A stretch of 59,957 nt of DNA from contig JBLHMK010000002.1 of the NCBI GenBank assembly GCA_047621945.1, positions 1 through 59,957 of the forward strand. Reading direction: 5' to 3'. Source of the stretch: Flavobacteriaceae bacterium (lineage in GTDB: Bacteria > Bacteroidota > Bacteroidia > Chitinophagales > UBA8649). Below are positions 38,516 through 48,174 of this stretch, in pieces. Both the position numbers and the translations under genes were made by a program. Every line of letters begins with the position of its first letter. The stretch's first letter is position 1. The notes under the pieces are model-generated. The model had not been told where the DNA came from. It saw only the letters and a list, made by a program, of their open reading frames with translations, and searched no databases.

Positions 38516-40947
38516 TGAGATTAATCGTCCTCATATTATCTCTTTTTTATGTGCAATTACATGCGCAATCTCGATTTATTCAAACCTTAGATGAGAATGG
38601 AACAGCCCTTTCTGATGCAAGTATTTATTGCCTTCAGAATTCTTATGAATTCAAATCCAACAAACAAGGTGTATTTTTTTTACCCGACTCCTTGCCAAAC
38701 TTATTAAATTTTAGTTGCTACGCAGAAGCTTATCAAACCCAAACGATATCCTTTGATTTTAGCAAAGGACATTCCCTTCAAATTAAGTTTGCAATCTTAG
38801 AAAATCAGTTAACTAGTGTAGAGGTAACCGGATCAGAAGGGATAGGAAAATTTCAAATGAAGGGTGTGGAAGACATGGGTGTTTATGAGTCCAAAAAATC
38901 AGAGAAAATTGAGATTACTAAGATTAGTGCAAACCTTGCAACAAACAATAGTCGACAAATTTATGGCAAAGTAGCAGGCATTAATATTTGGGAAAGTACT
39001 GGTTCAGGTTTGAGCACAGAGCTTGGAGGGCGTGGCTTAAGTCCTGAAAGAAGTTCCAATTTCAATGTCCGTCAAAACGGTTATGACATCAGTGCAGACG
39101 CTCTAGGCTATCCAGATGCCTATTATGTGCCTCCAGCTGCAGCCTTAAAACAAATTGAAATAGTAAGAGGTGCTTCTTCTTTACAATACGGTACGCAATT
39201 CGGAGGAATCATCAATTATCAATTGCAAGAACCGAGTGAAGAAACACTTTTCCATTTTAAAATTAGACAAACAGCAGGTAGTTATGGTTTTAGTAACACT
39301 CACTTGCAATTAGATGGTACGAAAAATAAATTCTCCTATATTTCCATTTCGCAATACAAAAGAGGGAACGCTTGGAGGGGAAATTCAGGTTTTGATTCTT
39401 GGTTTAGTTATAATAAAGTTGGTTTTAGACCTATTGAAAAATTAAGCATTGATGCTGAATATACTTTCTATTATTACCTCGCTCAACAAGCTGGAGGTTT
39501 GACAGATAGACTGTTTGAAGAGAACGATCAACAATCTATAAGAGATCGAAATTTTTTCAGAATCAATTGGCATTTACCGCAGATTGAAATCAACTATAAA
39601 TTTTCAAGTCGTTTAAAATTTCAGACCATCACTTTTGGCTTAATTGCGCAAAGAGATGCCTTAGGTTTCTTAGGAAACATAACGAGAGTTGATCCTCTTG
39701 AAGAACGTGATTTACTCGTCGATTACTACAAGAATTTCGGAAACGAAACGAGATTAATGTATAAGTATAAAATATTTGGCAATCTAAATACTTTCGTAAT
39801 TGGTGCTAGATTTTATAAAGGAAATACACAAAAACAACAGGGACTTGGGAGTGATGGCTTTGATGCGAATTTTAGCTATCTGAATCCAAACAATTTGGAA
39901 AATTCGGACTATACTTTTCCTAGCAGGAATATTGCCCTTTTCGCTGAACATATATTTAAATTTACTGCAAGATGGAGCGTTACTCCTGGTGTGAGACTAG
40001 AGAACATCGCAACGAATGCCAAAGGTTATTATCGTGAAATAACAGAAGATTTAGCAGGAAATATATTGATAGATACCAGCTTCAATGAGATCTTAAGAAA
40101 GAAGAGAACTTTTGTTATTTCTGGAATTGGTTCCAGCTTTAAGATAAATGAAAGTCAAGAAGTATATGCAAGTATTTCTCAAAACTACCGAGCTGTTAAT
40201 TTCAATGATTTAAGAATCTTAAATGTAAATGCTCAAGTTGACCCCAACCTTGAAGATGAAAAAGGTTTTAATGCAGATTTTGGATATCGAGGGTCATACA
40301 AAGATCTCATCGCATTTGATATCAGTGCATTCTACCTCTTTTATAGAAACAGAATTGGCTTCACATTAGAATATGATTCCGTTCGATTTAATCTTTACCG
40401 ATTGAGAACAAACGTATCTTCTTCTAGAAATATCGGAGTAGAGAGTGTTTTCGAAATTGACTATCTCAGACTTGGAGAAAAAGTTTCTAAAGATTTCTCT
40501 TTTAAGCAACTGATTAATTTTTCATACATAGATGGAAGATATACTGGAACTAAAGAGAGTGCTTTTAGAAATAAAAAAGTTGAATTGGTCCCTAATGTAA
40601 TTTTTAGAACAAGTTTAGGCTTTTCTTGGAAGGAACTGGTTCTATCTAGTCAATTCTCCTATGTAGGTCAACAATTCACAGATGCTACAAATTCTTTGCA
40701 ATCAGCGGATGCCGTAAATGGAATTGTACCCTCATACTTCGTCATGGATTTATCCTTAAAATATGAAATCAAAAAGCTTACGATTGAAGGCAATATTAAC
40801 AACCTCCTTAATAACAGCTACTTTACGAGAAGAGCAACAGGATATCCAGGACCAGGTATAATACCTTCTGATAGAAGAACCTTTTATCTAACACTTGGCT
40901 ATCAATTTAACTCCCCTTTTTCAAAGAACACTTCAAAGCCAAACTAG
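38515..40947 (+). CDS. TonB-dependent receptor with N-terminal CarboxypepD_reg-like domain
   Basis: 810 aa with a signal peptide, a plug region (IEIVRGASSLQYGTQFGG) and a C-terminal barrel ending ...TFYLTLGYQF. Its ATG overlaps the HTTM stop (TAATG). Confidence 0.88.
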   Translation: MRLIVLILSLFYVQLHAQSRFIQTLDENGTALSDASIYCLQNSYEFKSNKQGVFFLPDSLPNLLNFSCYAEAYQTQTISFDFSKGHSLQIKFAILENQLTSVEVTGSEGIGKFQMKGVEDMGVYESKKSEKIEITKISANLATNNSRQIYGKVAGINIWESTGSGLSTELGGRGLSPERSSNFNVRQNGYDISADALGYPDAYYVPPAAALKQIEIVRGASSLQYGTQFGGIINYQLQEPSEETLFHFKIRQTAGSYGFSNTHLQLDGTKNKFSYISISQYKRGNAWRGNSGFDSWFSYNKVGFRPIEKLSIDAEYTFYYYLAQQAGGLTDRLFEENDQQSIRDRNFFRINWHLPQIEINYKFSSRLKFQTITFGLIAQRDALGFLGNITRVDPLEERDLLVDYYKNFGNETRLMYKYKIFGNLNTFVIGARFYKGNTQKQQGLGSDGFDANFSYLNPNNLENSDYTFPSRNIALFAEHIFKFTARWSVTPGVRLENIATNAKGYYREITEDLAGNILIDTSFNEILRKKRTFVISGIGSSFKINESQEVYASISQNYRAVNFNDLRILNVNAQVDPNLEDEKGFNADFGYRGSYKDLIAFDISAFYLFYRNRIGFTLEYDSVRFNLYRLRTNVSSSRNIGVESVFEIDYLRLGEKVSKDFSFKQLINFSYIDGRYTGTKESAFRNKKVELVPNVIFRTSLGFSWKELVLSSQFSYVGQQFTDATNSLQSADAVNGIVPSYFVMDLSLKYEIKKLTIEGNINNLLNNSYFTRRATGYPGPGIIPSDRRTFYLTLGYQFNSPFSKNTSKPN

Positions 40948-41008
40948 AATAATTTAATCCAAAACTATTTACATTCGTATATTCGCAGTGCATAAGTAAA
41001 AAAACTAC

Positions 41009-42013
41009 ATGAATAGTCTTACCAGTCATCCTTTAAGCGTCATCATTTTTGCGATAGTAGTTGTCGTTATGTTGCTCTTAGATTTAGGAATTTTTAATAA
41101 GAAAAGTCACGCTATTAGTAATAAAGAGGCTATCTATTGGACTATTGCTTGGATAGGCTTATCTATGTTGTTTAGCGGTTTCATATACTTCTCTCAGGGC
41201 TTCGAATCCTTTACTCAATTCCAGTCTGCCTATTGGATAGAAAAAGCCTTATCTGTCGATAATCTCTTTGTTTTCATATTGGTATTTAGCTTTTTTAAAG
41301 TACCTAAAGAATACCAGCATAAAGTATTGTTTTGGGGTATTCTTGGGGCACTTGTTATGCGCGCCATCTTTATATTCTCTGGAGTTGGTCTCATCAAATT
41401 AACCTATTTACCTGAAATCGATATCCTTGGTGCTCCAAGAAAAATTAATGTCATCCTTACCTTGTTTGGGGCGTTCTTGATCTACGCAGGAATCAAATCC
41501 TGGTTTGTTGAAGAAGATGAAGATGAAAACGAAGATTTTAGTAAAAGTGCTGGAGCCAAATTTGTCTATAAATTATTTAAGGTTAGCAAAGAGTTTGACG
41601 GAGATAAGTTTTTTACCTTGGAGAATGGAATCAAGGTAGCTACGCCCCTATTGGTCGTTGTTGGGGTTATTGAGTTTTCGGATTTGTTGTTTGCGGTAGA
41701 TTCTATACCTGCAATATTTGCTATTTCAGATGACCCTCTTATCTTGTATACCTCTAACATTTTTGCTATTCTTGGCTTAAGAAGTTTATATTTCCTTTTG
41801 GCTAACTTCATCCATATGTTTAGCCGCCTCCATTATGGGCTAGCTATTATTCTAACTTTTATTGGATTGAAAATGTTAGTTAATCCATTCTTTCATATTC
41901 CTTCTCCAATTTCCTTGGCGATAGTTGCTGGAGTGCTTATTATATCTGTTGTGAGCTCTCTAATATGGCCGATAAAAGATGACAAGGACAAAGCAGAAAG
42001 TCCTTCAAAATAA
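41009..42013 (+). CDS. TerC/Alx family integral membrane protein
   Basis: 334 aa. EKALSVDNLFVFILVF and FAVDSIPAIFAI are the TerC signature DN/DS repeats. Confidence 0.85.
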   Translation: MNSLTSHPLSVIIFAIVVVVMLLLDLGIFNKKSHAISNKEAIYWTIAWIGLSMLFSGFIYFSQGFESFTQFQSAYWIEKALSVDNLFVFILVFSFFKVPKEYQHKVLFWGILGALVMRAIFIFSGVGLIKLTYLPEIDILGAPRKINVILTLFGAFLIYAGIKSWFVEEDEDENEDFSKSAGAKFVYKLFKVSKEFDGDKFFTLENGIKVATPLLVVVGVIEFSDLLFAVDSIPAIFAISDDPLILYTSNIFAILGLRSLYFLLANFIHMFSRLHYGLAIILTFIGLKMLVNPFFHIPSPISLAIVAGVLIISVVSSLIWPIKDDKDKAESPSK

Positions 42014-42094
42014 TCTCGTTTGGCTTTAGAGCTGGTCACTTGTTAAATCCGTCAATTTTATAGTATCTTTAATACCCTATAAATAAAGATTGTT

Positions 42095-43561
42095 ATGGCA
42101 GTAAATACGGTTGAAACTCCTTTAAAGAGTATTCCAAAAAGTGGAAACGATTCGTCCACGCGCATCCAAGAGATTTTTAAGCTACAGCAAGCTAATTTGC
42201 AGTACTTAAAAAACACGAGTGGGAAAGAGCGTAGAAAGAAATTAAAAGCACTAAAGAATAAGGTGTTTGAATATCGAACAAAGATTCAAGAAGCTTTAAA
42301 TGCTGATTTTCAAAAGCCCGCAACCGAATCTGATATCTCAGAAATTTACCCAGTTGTTTCCGAATTAAAACATACCATAGCCCATTTTGAGGATTGGATG
42401 GAAAGAGAAGAAGTGGATATTCCAATTACTATGTTAGGCTCATCGGCTTATGTGCATTACGAACCCAAGGGGAGTTGTTTAGTTATTACCCCATGGAATT
42501 ACCCTTTCTACTTAGCGGTTTCACCACTGATTTATGCCATAGCAGCGGGAAATGCAGCAATTCTTAAGCCCTCAGAATTTACGCCCAATACCTCTCAATT
42601 AGTTAAAGAGATGTTAGCTGAGCTATTTGAAGAAAAGGAAATTGCAGTCGTTCAGGGAGATTATCAAGTATCTTCAGAATTGCTAAAATTAAAATTCAAT
42701 CACATTCATTTTACTGGAAGTCCGATGGTCGGTAAGATAGTAATGGAAGCTGCTAGTAGGCACTTGACCTCTTGTACATTAGAGTTAGGAGGTAAAAGCC
42801 CTACCATAGTAGATGATACAGCCAATATTAAAGAAGCTGCAACTAAAATTGTTTGGGGGAAATACCTGAATGAAGGTCAAACTTGTATAGCACCAGATTA
42901 TGTGCTTGTTCATGAAAGTAAGAAAGCGGCCTTAGTTGATGCTATGAAGGCTGAGATTAAGAAAAAATATGGGGCAGATACCAATGCTCGATTGGAAGGT
43001 GGAAATCTATGTAGATTAGTCAATGCAAAACACTATAAACGTGTTCAAGAATTAACTGATGACGCAGTAAGCAAAGGAGCTAATGTGGAAATTGGAGGCA
43101 AATACGATGATAGCCAAAATTTTATCGACCCAACTATTTTAACTGATGTTTCTAGTGACTCTAGAATTATGAACGAAGAGATATTCGGACCAGTTCTACC
43201 TTTGTTAACTTTCTCTAATTTAGAAGAAGCGATGAGTATGGTTAATTCCAAAGAACGACCATTAGCGCTCTACATCTTCAGTAATAAAGAGAAGAATATT
43301 AAATACATCATGAATAATAGTTCTGCGGGTGGGACATGTATCAATGATACTATTTTACACATATTACAACCGAATCTACCTTTTGGAGGAGTAAACAACT
43401 CTGGTATTGGTAAAAGTCATGGCAAATGGGGCTTTGTAGATTTCAGTAATGAGCGCTCTGTCTTAAAGCAACATTTCAAGTTCGGGATGGCGTTATTCTT
43501 GCATCCTCCTTATAATAAGTTTACCAAGTTCATGATCGATATAACTATGAAATATTTTTAA
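42095..43561 (+). CDS. NAD(P)-dependent aldehyde dehydrogenase (ALDH3-like)
   Basis: 488 aa with ELGGKSP and the catalytic Cys in GQTCIAPDY. EEIFGPVLPL is also present. Confidence 0.85.
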   Translation: MAVNTVETPLKSIPKSGNDSSTRIQEIFKLQQANLQYLKNTSGKERRKKLKALKNKVFEYRTKIQEALNADFQKPATESDISEIYPVVSELKHTIAHFEDWMEREEVDIPITMLGSSAYVHYEPKGSCLVITPWNYPFYLAVSPLIYAIAAGNAAILKPSEFTPNTSQLVKEMLAELFEEKEIAVVQGDYQVSSELLKLKFNHIHFTGSPMVGKIVMEAASRHLTSCTLELGGKSPTIVDDTANIKEAATKIVWGKYLNEGQTCIAPDYVLVHESKKAALVDAMKAEIKKKYGADTNARLEGGNLCRLVNAKHYKRVQELTDDAVSKGANVEIGGKYDDSQNFIDPTILTDVSSDSRIMNEEIFGPVLPLLTFSNLEEAMSMVNSKERPLALYIFSNKEKNIKYIMNNSSAGGTCINDTILHILQPNLPFGGVNNSGIGKSHGKWGFVDFSNERSVLKQHFKFGMALFLHPPYNKFTKFMIDITMKYF

Positions 43562-43580
43562 AAGAACTTCTTTATCTAAT

Positions 43581-43626
43581 AAAAAAGCCATCATCAGCTC
43601 AATAGCGAATGATGGCTTTTTGTTTT
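43581..43626. terminator. bidirectional terminator between convergent aldehyde dehydrogenase and yebC genes
   Basis: AAAAAAGCCATCAT-(14-nt loop)-ATGATGGCTTTTTGTTTT. This is a 9-bp stem with an A-run on the left and a T-run on the right. Confidence 0.7.
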
Positions 43627-43642
43627 AAAACTTTACTAGAGA

Positions 43643-44350
43643 CTATTGCATCGTATGATAGACATTCAAGACGTCATCATCTTCTTCTAATCGTTCCAAT
43701 AGCTTTTCTACGTCTGCCTGTTGGTCTTCACTTAGCTCTGTGGTATTGAGAGGTAAACGCTCGTAGCCAGATTCAACAACTGGAAGACCCAATTGCTCTA
43801 GGCCACGTTGAATATTTCCAAACTCAGAAAATTCACCATAAATCATTATAAATTCATCTTCCTCAAACAATTCTTCAATGCCATAATCAATAAGCTCTAG
43901 TTCTAATTCTTCAGCATCATGTACGCCTTTTTCAATTTTAAAATTGCATTTTCGATCAAACAAAAATTCTAAAGACCCCGTAGTACCCAAACTACCATTA
44001 CATTTATTGAAGTAGCTTCTTACATTAGCCACTGTTCTGGTATTATTGTCTGTTGCAGTTTCCACAAATACTGCTATCCCGTGAGGAGCATAGCCTTCAA
44101 AATTCACTTCTTTATAATCCGCTTGGTCCTTAGAAGAAGCTTTTTTGATAGCTCGATCAACCGTATCTAAAGGCATATTTGACGACTTCGCATTCTGAAT
44201 AGCACTTCTCAAACGTGCATTATTATCAGGATCAGGGCCACCTTCTTTTACCGCCATAGCAATCTCTTTGCCTATTCGGGTAAAGGTTTTACTCATCGCT
44301 GCCCATCGTTTGAATTTTCTCGCTTTTCTAAACTCAAATGCTCTTCCCAT
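43643..44350 (-). CDS. yebC: YebC/PmpR family DNA-binding transcriptional regulator
   Basis: 235 aa starting MGRAFEFRKARKFKRWAAMSKTFTRIGKEI...AIKKA, canonical for the family. Confidence 0.92.
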   Translation of the reverse strand: MGRAFEFRKARKFKRWAAMSKTFTRIGKEIAMAVKEGGPDPDNNARLRSAIQNAKSSNMPLDTVDRAIKKASSKDQADYKEVNFEGYAPHGIAVFVETATDNNTRTVANVRSYFNKCNGSLGTTGSLEFLFDRKCNFKIEKGVHDAEELELELIDYGIEELFEEDEFIMIYGEFSEFGNIQRGLEQLGLPVVESGYERLPLNTTELSEDQQADVEKLLERLEEDDDVLNVYHTMQ

Positions 44351-44491
44351 TACTTATTTATTTTGAACAAAATTAACAAAAGCTAAGGGAATAAATAAAT
44401 CTATCCGGTCGAAAAGCAAATAAGAGAAATCTAGCGGAAGAATACTATTTTTTTTAACAAGTTACCACTTAAAATTTAAGTCTAAATACCG

Positions 44492-44499
44492 TATCTTTG
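44492..44499 (+). promoter_or_regulatory. candidate -7 box (TATCTTTG) only 4 nt before the ccmE ATG (possible leaderless or very short leader mRNA)
   Basis: An exact TAnnTTTG match at 44492..44499, with the ATG at 44504. Confidence 0.3.
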
Positions 44500-44503
44500 T
44501 CGC

Positions 44504-44914
44504 ATGAAAAAGTTGCACATCATAGGACTAATCTTGATTGCCTTCGCAATAGCTGGAATTGCTATTTCTGCAAGCAACTATACCTCTTACGAGGGTTTTA
44601 CTAAAGCCAATGAACATGATGGCAAGGTATATAAAATAGTGGGCAACCTAGATGTTGATGGTGAAATGAACTATGAGCCTGAAGTCAATCCTAATTTATT
44701 TTCATTTTATATGAGCGATAAAGAGGGGATTTCACAACAAGTCATTTATGCGGATGCTAAACCTCAAGACTTTGAAAGAAGTGAGCAGTTAGTGATAACT
44801 GGGAAAAGTGAAGATGGCGTTTTCTATGCAGATCAGATTTTAATGAAATGTCCTTCAAAATACGTTGAGGATGAAATTGAATATGTGGAAGCCAATGCTA
44901 CTGCTTCCCAATAA
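44504..44914 (+). CDS. ccmE: cytochrome c maturation heme chaperone CcmE, CxxxY variant
   Basis: 136 aa with an N-terminal TM anchor and an OB-fold-sized domain. The heme-binding position reads LMKCPSKY (Cys116, codon 44849..44851), where classical CcmE has HxxxY. Confidence 0.8.
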   Translation: MKKLHIIGLILIAFAIAGIAISASNYTSYEGFTKANEHDGKVYKIVGNLDVDGEMNYEPEVNPNLFSFYMSDKEGISQQVIYADAKPQDFERSEQLVITGKSEDGVFYADQILMKCPSKYVEDEIEYVEANATASQ

Positions 44915-44929
44915 TCACGAATAACTAAC

Positions 44930-47395
44930 ATGAAGGAATTTTTTGCACAACGTTTTAATCAAGGCTTTTTTGAAGGTGAATCCCTCTGGATTGGTAACTT
45001 AGGTCATCTTTTGATTGTTCTTAGTTTTATTATGGTGGGCTTAGCTAGTTTTGCTTTTTTTCGTGCAGAGCTAAGTAAGGATGGAAGCTTAAAGCAAACC
45101 TGGAATAAGATAGCTAGGTGGAGTTTTTTCATTCATGGGGTTTCAATCTTCGGAATTTTTTCTTTGTTGTTTTTTATGATTCTCAATCATCACTATGAGT
45201 ATCATTATGCTTGGAGTCATTCCTCCAACGATCTACCAGTATACTATATCATTTCCTCATTCTGGGAAGGTCAAGAGGGAAGTTTTCTCCTTTGGCAGTT
45301 TTGGCATGTTATTCTAGGCTTCGTGCTCATTCGTATAGCTAAGGATTATGAGAACCCTGTGATGTCGGTACTTTCTTTTAGCCAATTACTATTAGCTGGT
45401 ATGGTGCTAGGCGTTTATGTTTTCGGTTATAAAGTAGGAGTTAATCCATTTACACTTTTGAGAAACGTAATGACCGAAGCTCCAATATTTGCTAAGGCTG
45501 ATTATTTAAATTTCTTAGTGGATGGTAATGGCTTAAATTTATTACTTCAGAATTATTGGATGGTGATTCACCCCCCTGTCCTCTTCTTGGGCTTTGCTGC
45601 TACGGTAGTGCCATTTTCGTATGCTATTGCTAGCTTATGGCGAGCAGATTACTCGGATTGGGTAAGACCTGCTTTAGCATGGACGTTGTTTACCACTGGT
45701 ATACTAGGAACTGGAATATTCATGGGTGGAGCTTGGGCCTATGAAAGTTTAAGCTTTGGTGGATTTTGGGCTTGGGATCCTGTTGAAAACGCTTCTCTCG
45801 TGCCCTGGCTTTTAATTGTTGCTGGTGGACATACACTACTTGCTTATAAATACACAAAACGTGGATTAGTAGTCAGTTATCTTCTCCTTATTTTTACCTT
45901 CATTTTCATACTATACAGCACCTTTTTGACTAGAAGTGGTGTACTTGGGGATACTTCAGTGCACGCCTTTACCGATTTAGGTATGACCGGTCAATTGTTG
46001 ATCTACATGGGGTTTTTAACTGTCCCTGCTATTATTTTATTAATTGTTCGAATGCGTTCTATTCCTAAAGTGGAAGGAGAAGAAGCCTTTTTAAGCAGAG
46101 AGTTTTGGATGTTTATTGGTGCACTTATTTTTGTGATTAGTGCTGCACAAATTACATGGGACACTTCCTTACCTGTCACAAACATGCTTTTTGGAACGAA
46201 TCTAGCTGTTGGTATCGATGTCGTTGAGCATTATAACAAAGTTCAGATTATTATAGGGATATTCATAGCATTAGGTGCAGCCACGGTGCAATACTTATCT
46301 TACAAAACAGGTAAGCTAAGCAAGTTTGTAAAGTACCTAGGCATAAGTTTACTTGCTTCCATCGCTACTACAATAGCATTGGGATTTGCCTTTAAATTTC
46401 CATTTATCATGGACTACCATTTTGGTGAAAAATCGATTTCATTTCTATCTTCTCTTTGGGTATTGTTGTTGAGTGCTTGTTTTACTTTCTTCTCTAATAT
46501 TGGCTATATCATTCTAGTGGTTAAAGGGAAGTTTTGGCAATGGTCCGGTTCTATTTCACACATCGGATTTGCATTATTTATAATCGGTATATTGATATCA
46601 CAAGGGAGGCAAGAAACCATCTCTATAAACACCATGGGCATAGACTATGGCGAAGGGTTTCAAGAAGAAGATAAACAAACGAATATCTTTCTTCCGCAAG
46701 GAGACACCGTAGTGATGAAAGACTATTGGGTGAGTTTTTTAGGCAGAGAAGATGAAGGACACAAGGAAGTATTTAAAGTACACTATGCCAGAAAAGATGC
46801 AGATGGAAACATCTTAGAAGACTTCTATCTAGAACCTGATGCTCAAATTAGCGATGGAATGGGTTTGGTCTCTAACCCAGATACTAAGCACTATTTAGAT
46901 AAGGATATTTTTACACACGTAACTTCCATCCCTGAAAAGCCAAAAGAAGTAGAGACTCAAGTTGTAGAAATGCAGATGGGCGATACTATTTATACGACTA
47001 AACATTTCACCGTTTTAGATAAAATTGTTTCCAATCCAGAGAATGACAATGTTGCCTTCAACGACACCTTACTTGGTTTAGGAGCTAAGTTGAATATTTA
47101 TGGTTTTGATGGTTACGAAAAAGAAATAACGCCACTATACATCATTAACATCAATACGGGGGATGTACAATCACCGGAAAACAAAGACCTCAAGTCTTCT
47201 TTAGCTTTCCAAATTTTAGCTTTTGATCCGAAAACGGAAAAGTTAAGTTTAGGGATAAAAGATTCAAGTGGATCAGATGATTTCATAATAATGAAGGCTA
47301 TAGTATTCCCCTACATTAATGTACTGTGGTTGGGAGGAATTATAATGTTGCTTGGAGCATTCATGAGTTCAATTAAACGATACTTCAAGAAATGA
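44930..47395 (+). CDS. ccmF: heme lyase/cytochrome c assembly protein CcmF-like
   Basis: 821 aa, polytopic. The W-rich heme-handling motif is GGFWAWDPVENASLVPWL. It starts 15 nt after ccmE. Confidence 0.85.
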   Translation: MKEFFAQRFNQGFFEGESLWIGNLGHLLIVLSFIMVGLASFAFFRAELSKDGSLKQTWNKIARWSFFIHGVSIFGIFSLLFFMILNHHYEYHYAWSHSSNDLPVYYIISSFWEGQEGSFLLWQFWHVILGFVLIRIAKDYENPVMSVLSFSQLLLAGMVLGVYVFGYKVGVNPFTLLRNVMTEAPIFAKADYLNFLVDGNGLNLLLQNYWMVIHPPVLFLGFAATVVPFSYAIASLWRADYSDWVRPALAWTLFTTGILGTGIFMGGAWAYESLSFGGFWAWDPVENASLVPWLLIVAGGHTLLAYKYTKRGLVVSYLLLIFTFIFILYSTFLTRSGVLGDTSVHAFTDLGMTGQLLIYMGFLTVPAIILLIVRMRSIPKVEGEEAFLSREFWMFIGALIFVISAAQITWDTSLPVTNMLFGTNLAVGIDVVEHYNKVQIIIGIFIALGAATVQYLSYKTGKLSKFVKYLGISLLASIATTIALGFAFKFPFIMDYHFGEKSISFLSSLWVLLLSACFTFFSNIGYIILVVKGKFWQWSGSISHIGFALFIIGILISQGRQETISINTMGIDYGEGFQEEDKQTNIFLPQGDTVVMKDYWVSFLGREDEGHKEVFKVHYARKDADGNILEDFYLEPDAQISDGMGLVSNPDTKHYLDKDIFTHVTSIPEKPKEVETQVVEMQMGDTIYTTKHFTVLDKIVSNPENDNVAFNDTLLGLGAKLNIYGFDGYEKEITPLYIININTGDVQSPENKDLKSSLAFQILAFDPKTEKLSLGIKDSSGSDDFIIMKAIVFPYINVLWLGGIIMLLGAFMSSIKRYFKK

Positions 47396-48174
47396 AAACG
47401 GTGGTAGATTTTAAAATTGGAATTGTTGGTTCTGGCAATGTTGCCCACCACTTGGCTCATGCCTTCTATTACCACCCAGAAATAAACTTTACTGCTTTAT
47501 TTACTAGAAATAAAGTTACTGGTAGAGTATTGGCTGACGCCGTACAAATTAAATTTGTAGAGAAAATTGAAGACCTCTCAAAAATTTGTGATCTAATTGT
47601 TATTTGTGCCTCAGATGATTCAATAGAAGAAATTTGTGAAAATCTTCAGACCAAAGACCAAATAGTAGCACATACTAGTGGTGTGGTTAGCATTAAAGTT
47701 CTAGAGAAAGCTAGCGATAATTTTGGTAGCTTTTACCCTTTACAGACTTTTACAAAAACGAGAGAAGTAGATTTAAAAGAAGTCCCTTTTTTAATAGACG
47801 CTTCCAATACAGGTACTCAACGAGTGTTATCAGAACTAGCTGAATTGGTTTCGAATAATGTAAGTGAAGTTTCTGATGAACAACGTCGAAAGCTTCATAT
47901 TGCTGCAGTAATCGTCAATAATTTTAGCAACCACCTCTTTGCATTAACTAAGGATTATACCGATAGTTTAAGTCTAGATTTTGACCTACTAAAACCATTA
48001 ATGCAGGAAACTGTATTGAAGGCATTAGCTCAAAACCCAAAGGACATTCAAACTGGCCCAGCAAAGAGAAAAGACAGCAGCACTATAGCTCATCACGAAG
48101 CCATGCTTCAAGACCCCAAGTTAAAAGAGCTATATTCATGGTTCACCAAGAGTATTGAGAAATACTATGAATAA
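47392..48174 (+). CDS. Rossmann-like and DUF2520 domain-containing protein
   Basis: 260 aa. The dinucleotide-binding motif is KIGIVGSGNVAHHLA. The C-terminal half resembles DUF2520. It has an ATGA overlap with the ccmF stop. Confidence 0.7.
   Translation: MKTVVDFKIGIVGSGNVAHHLAHAFYYHPEINFTALFTRNKVTGRVLADAVQIKFVEKIEDLSKICDLIVICASDDSIEEICENLQTKDQIVAHTSGVVSIKVLEKASDNFGSFYPLQTFTKTREVDLKEVPFLIDASNTGTQRVLSELAELVSNNVSEVSDEQRRKLHIAAVIVNNFSNHLFALTKDYTDSLSLDFDLLKPLMQETVLKALAQNPKDIQTGPAKRKDSSTIAHHEAMLQDPKLKELYSWFTKSIEKYYE

Noticed and set aside
40948-41008. Possible yybP-ykoY (Mn) riboswitch upstream of the TerC/Alx gene
   Set aside because: The intergenic region is only 61 nt and shows none of the conserved four-helix junction sequence. 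It is too short to hold the aptamer.
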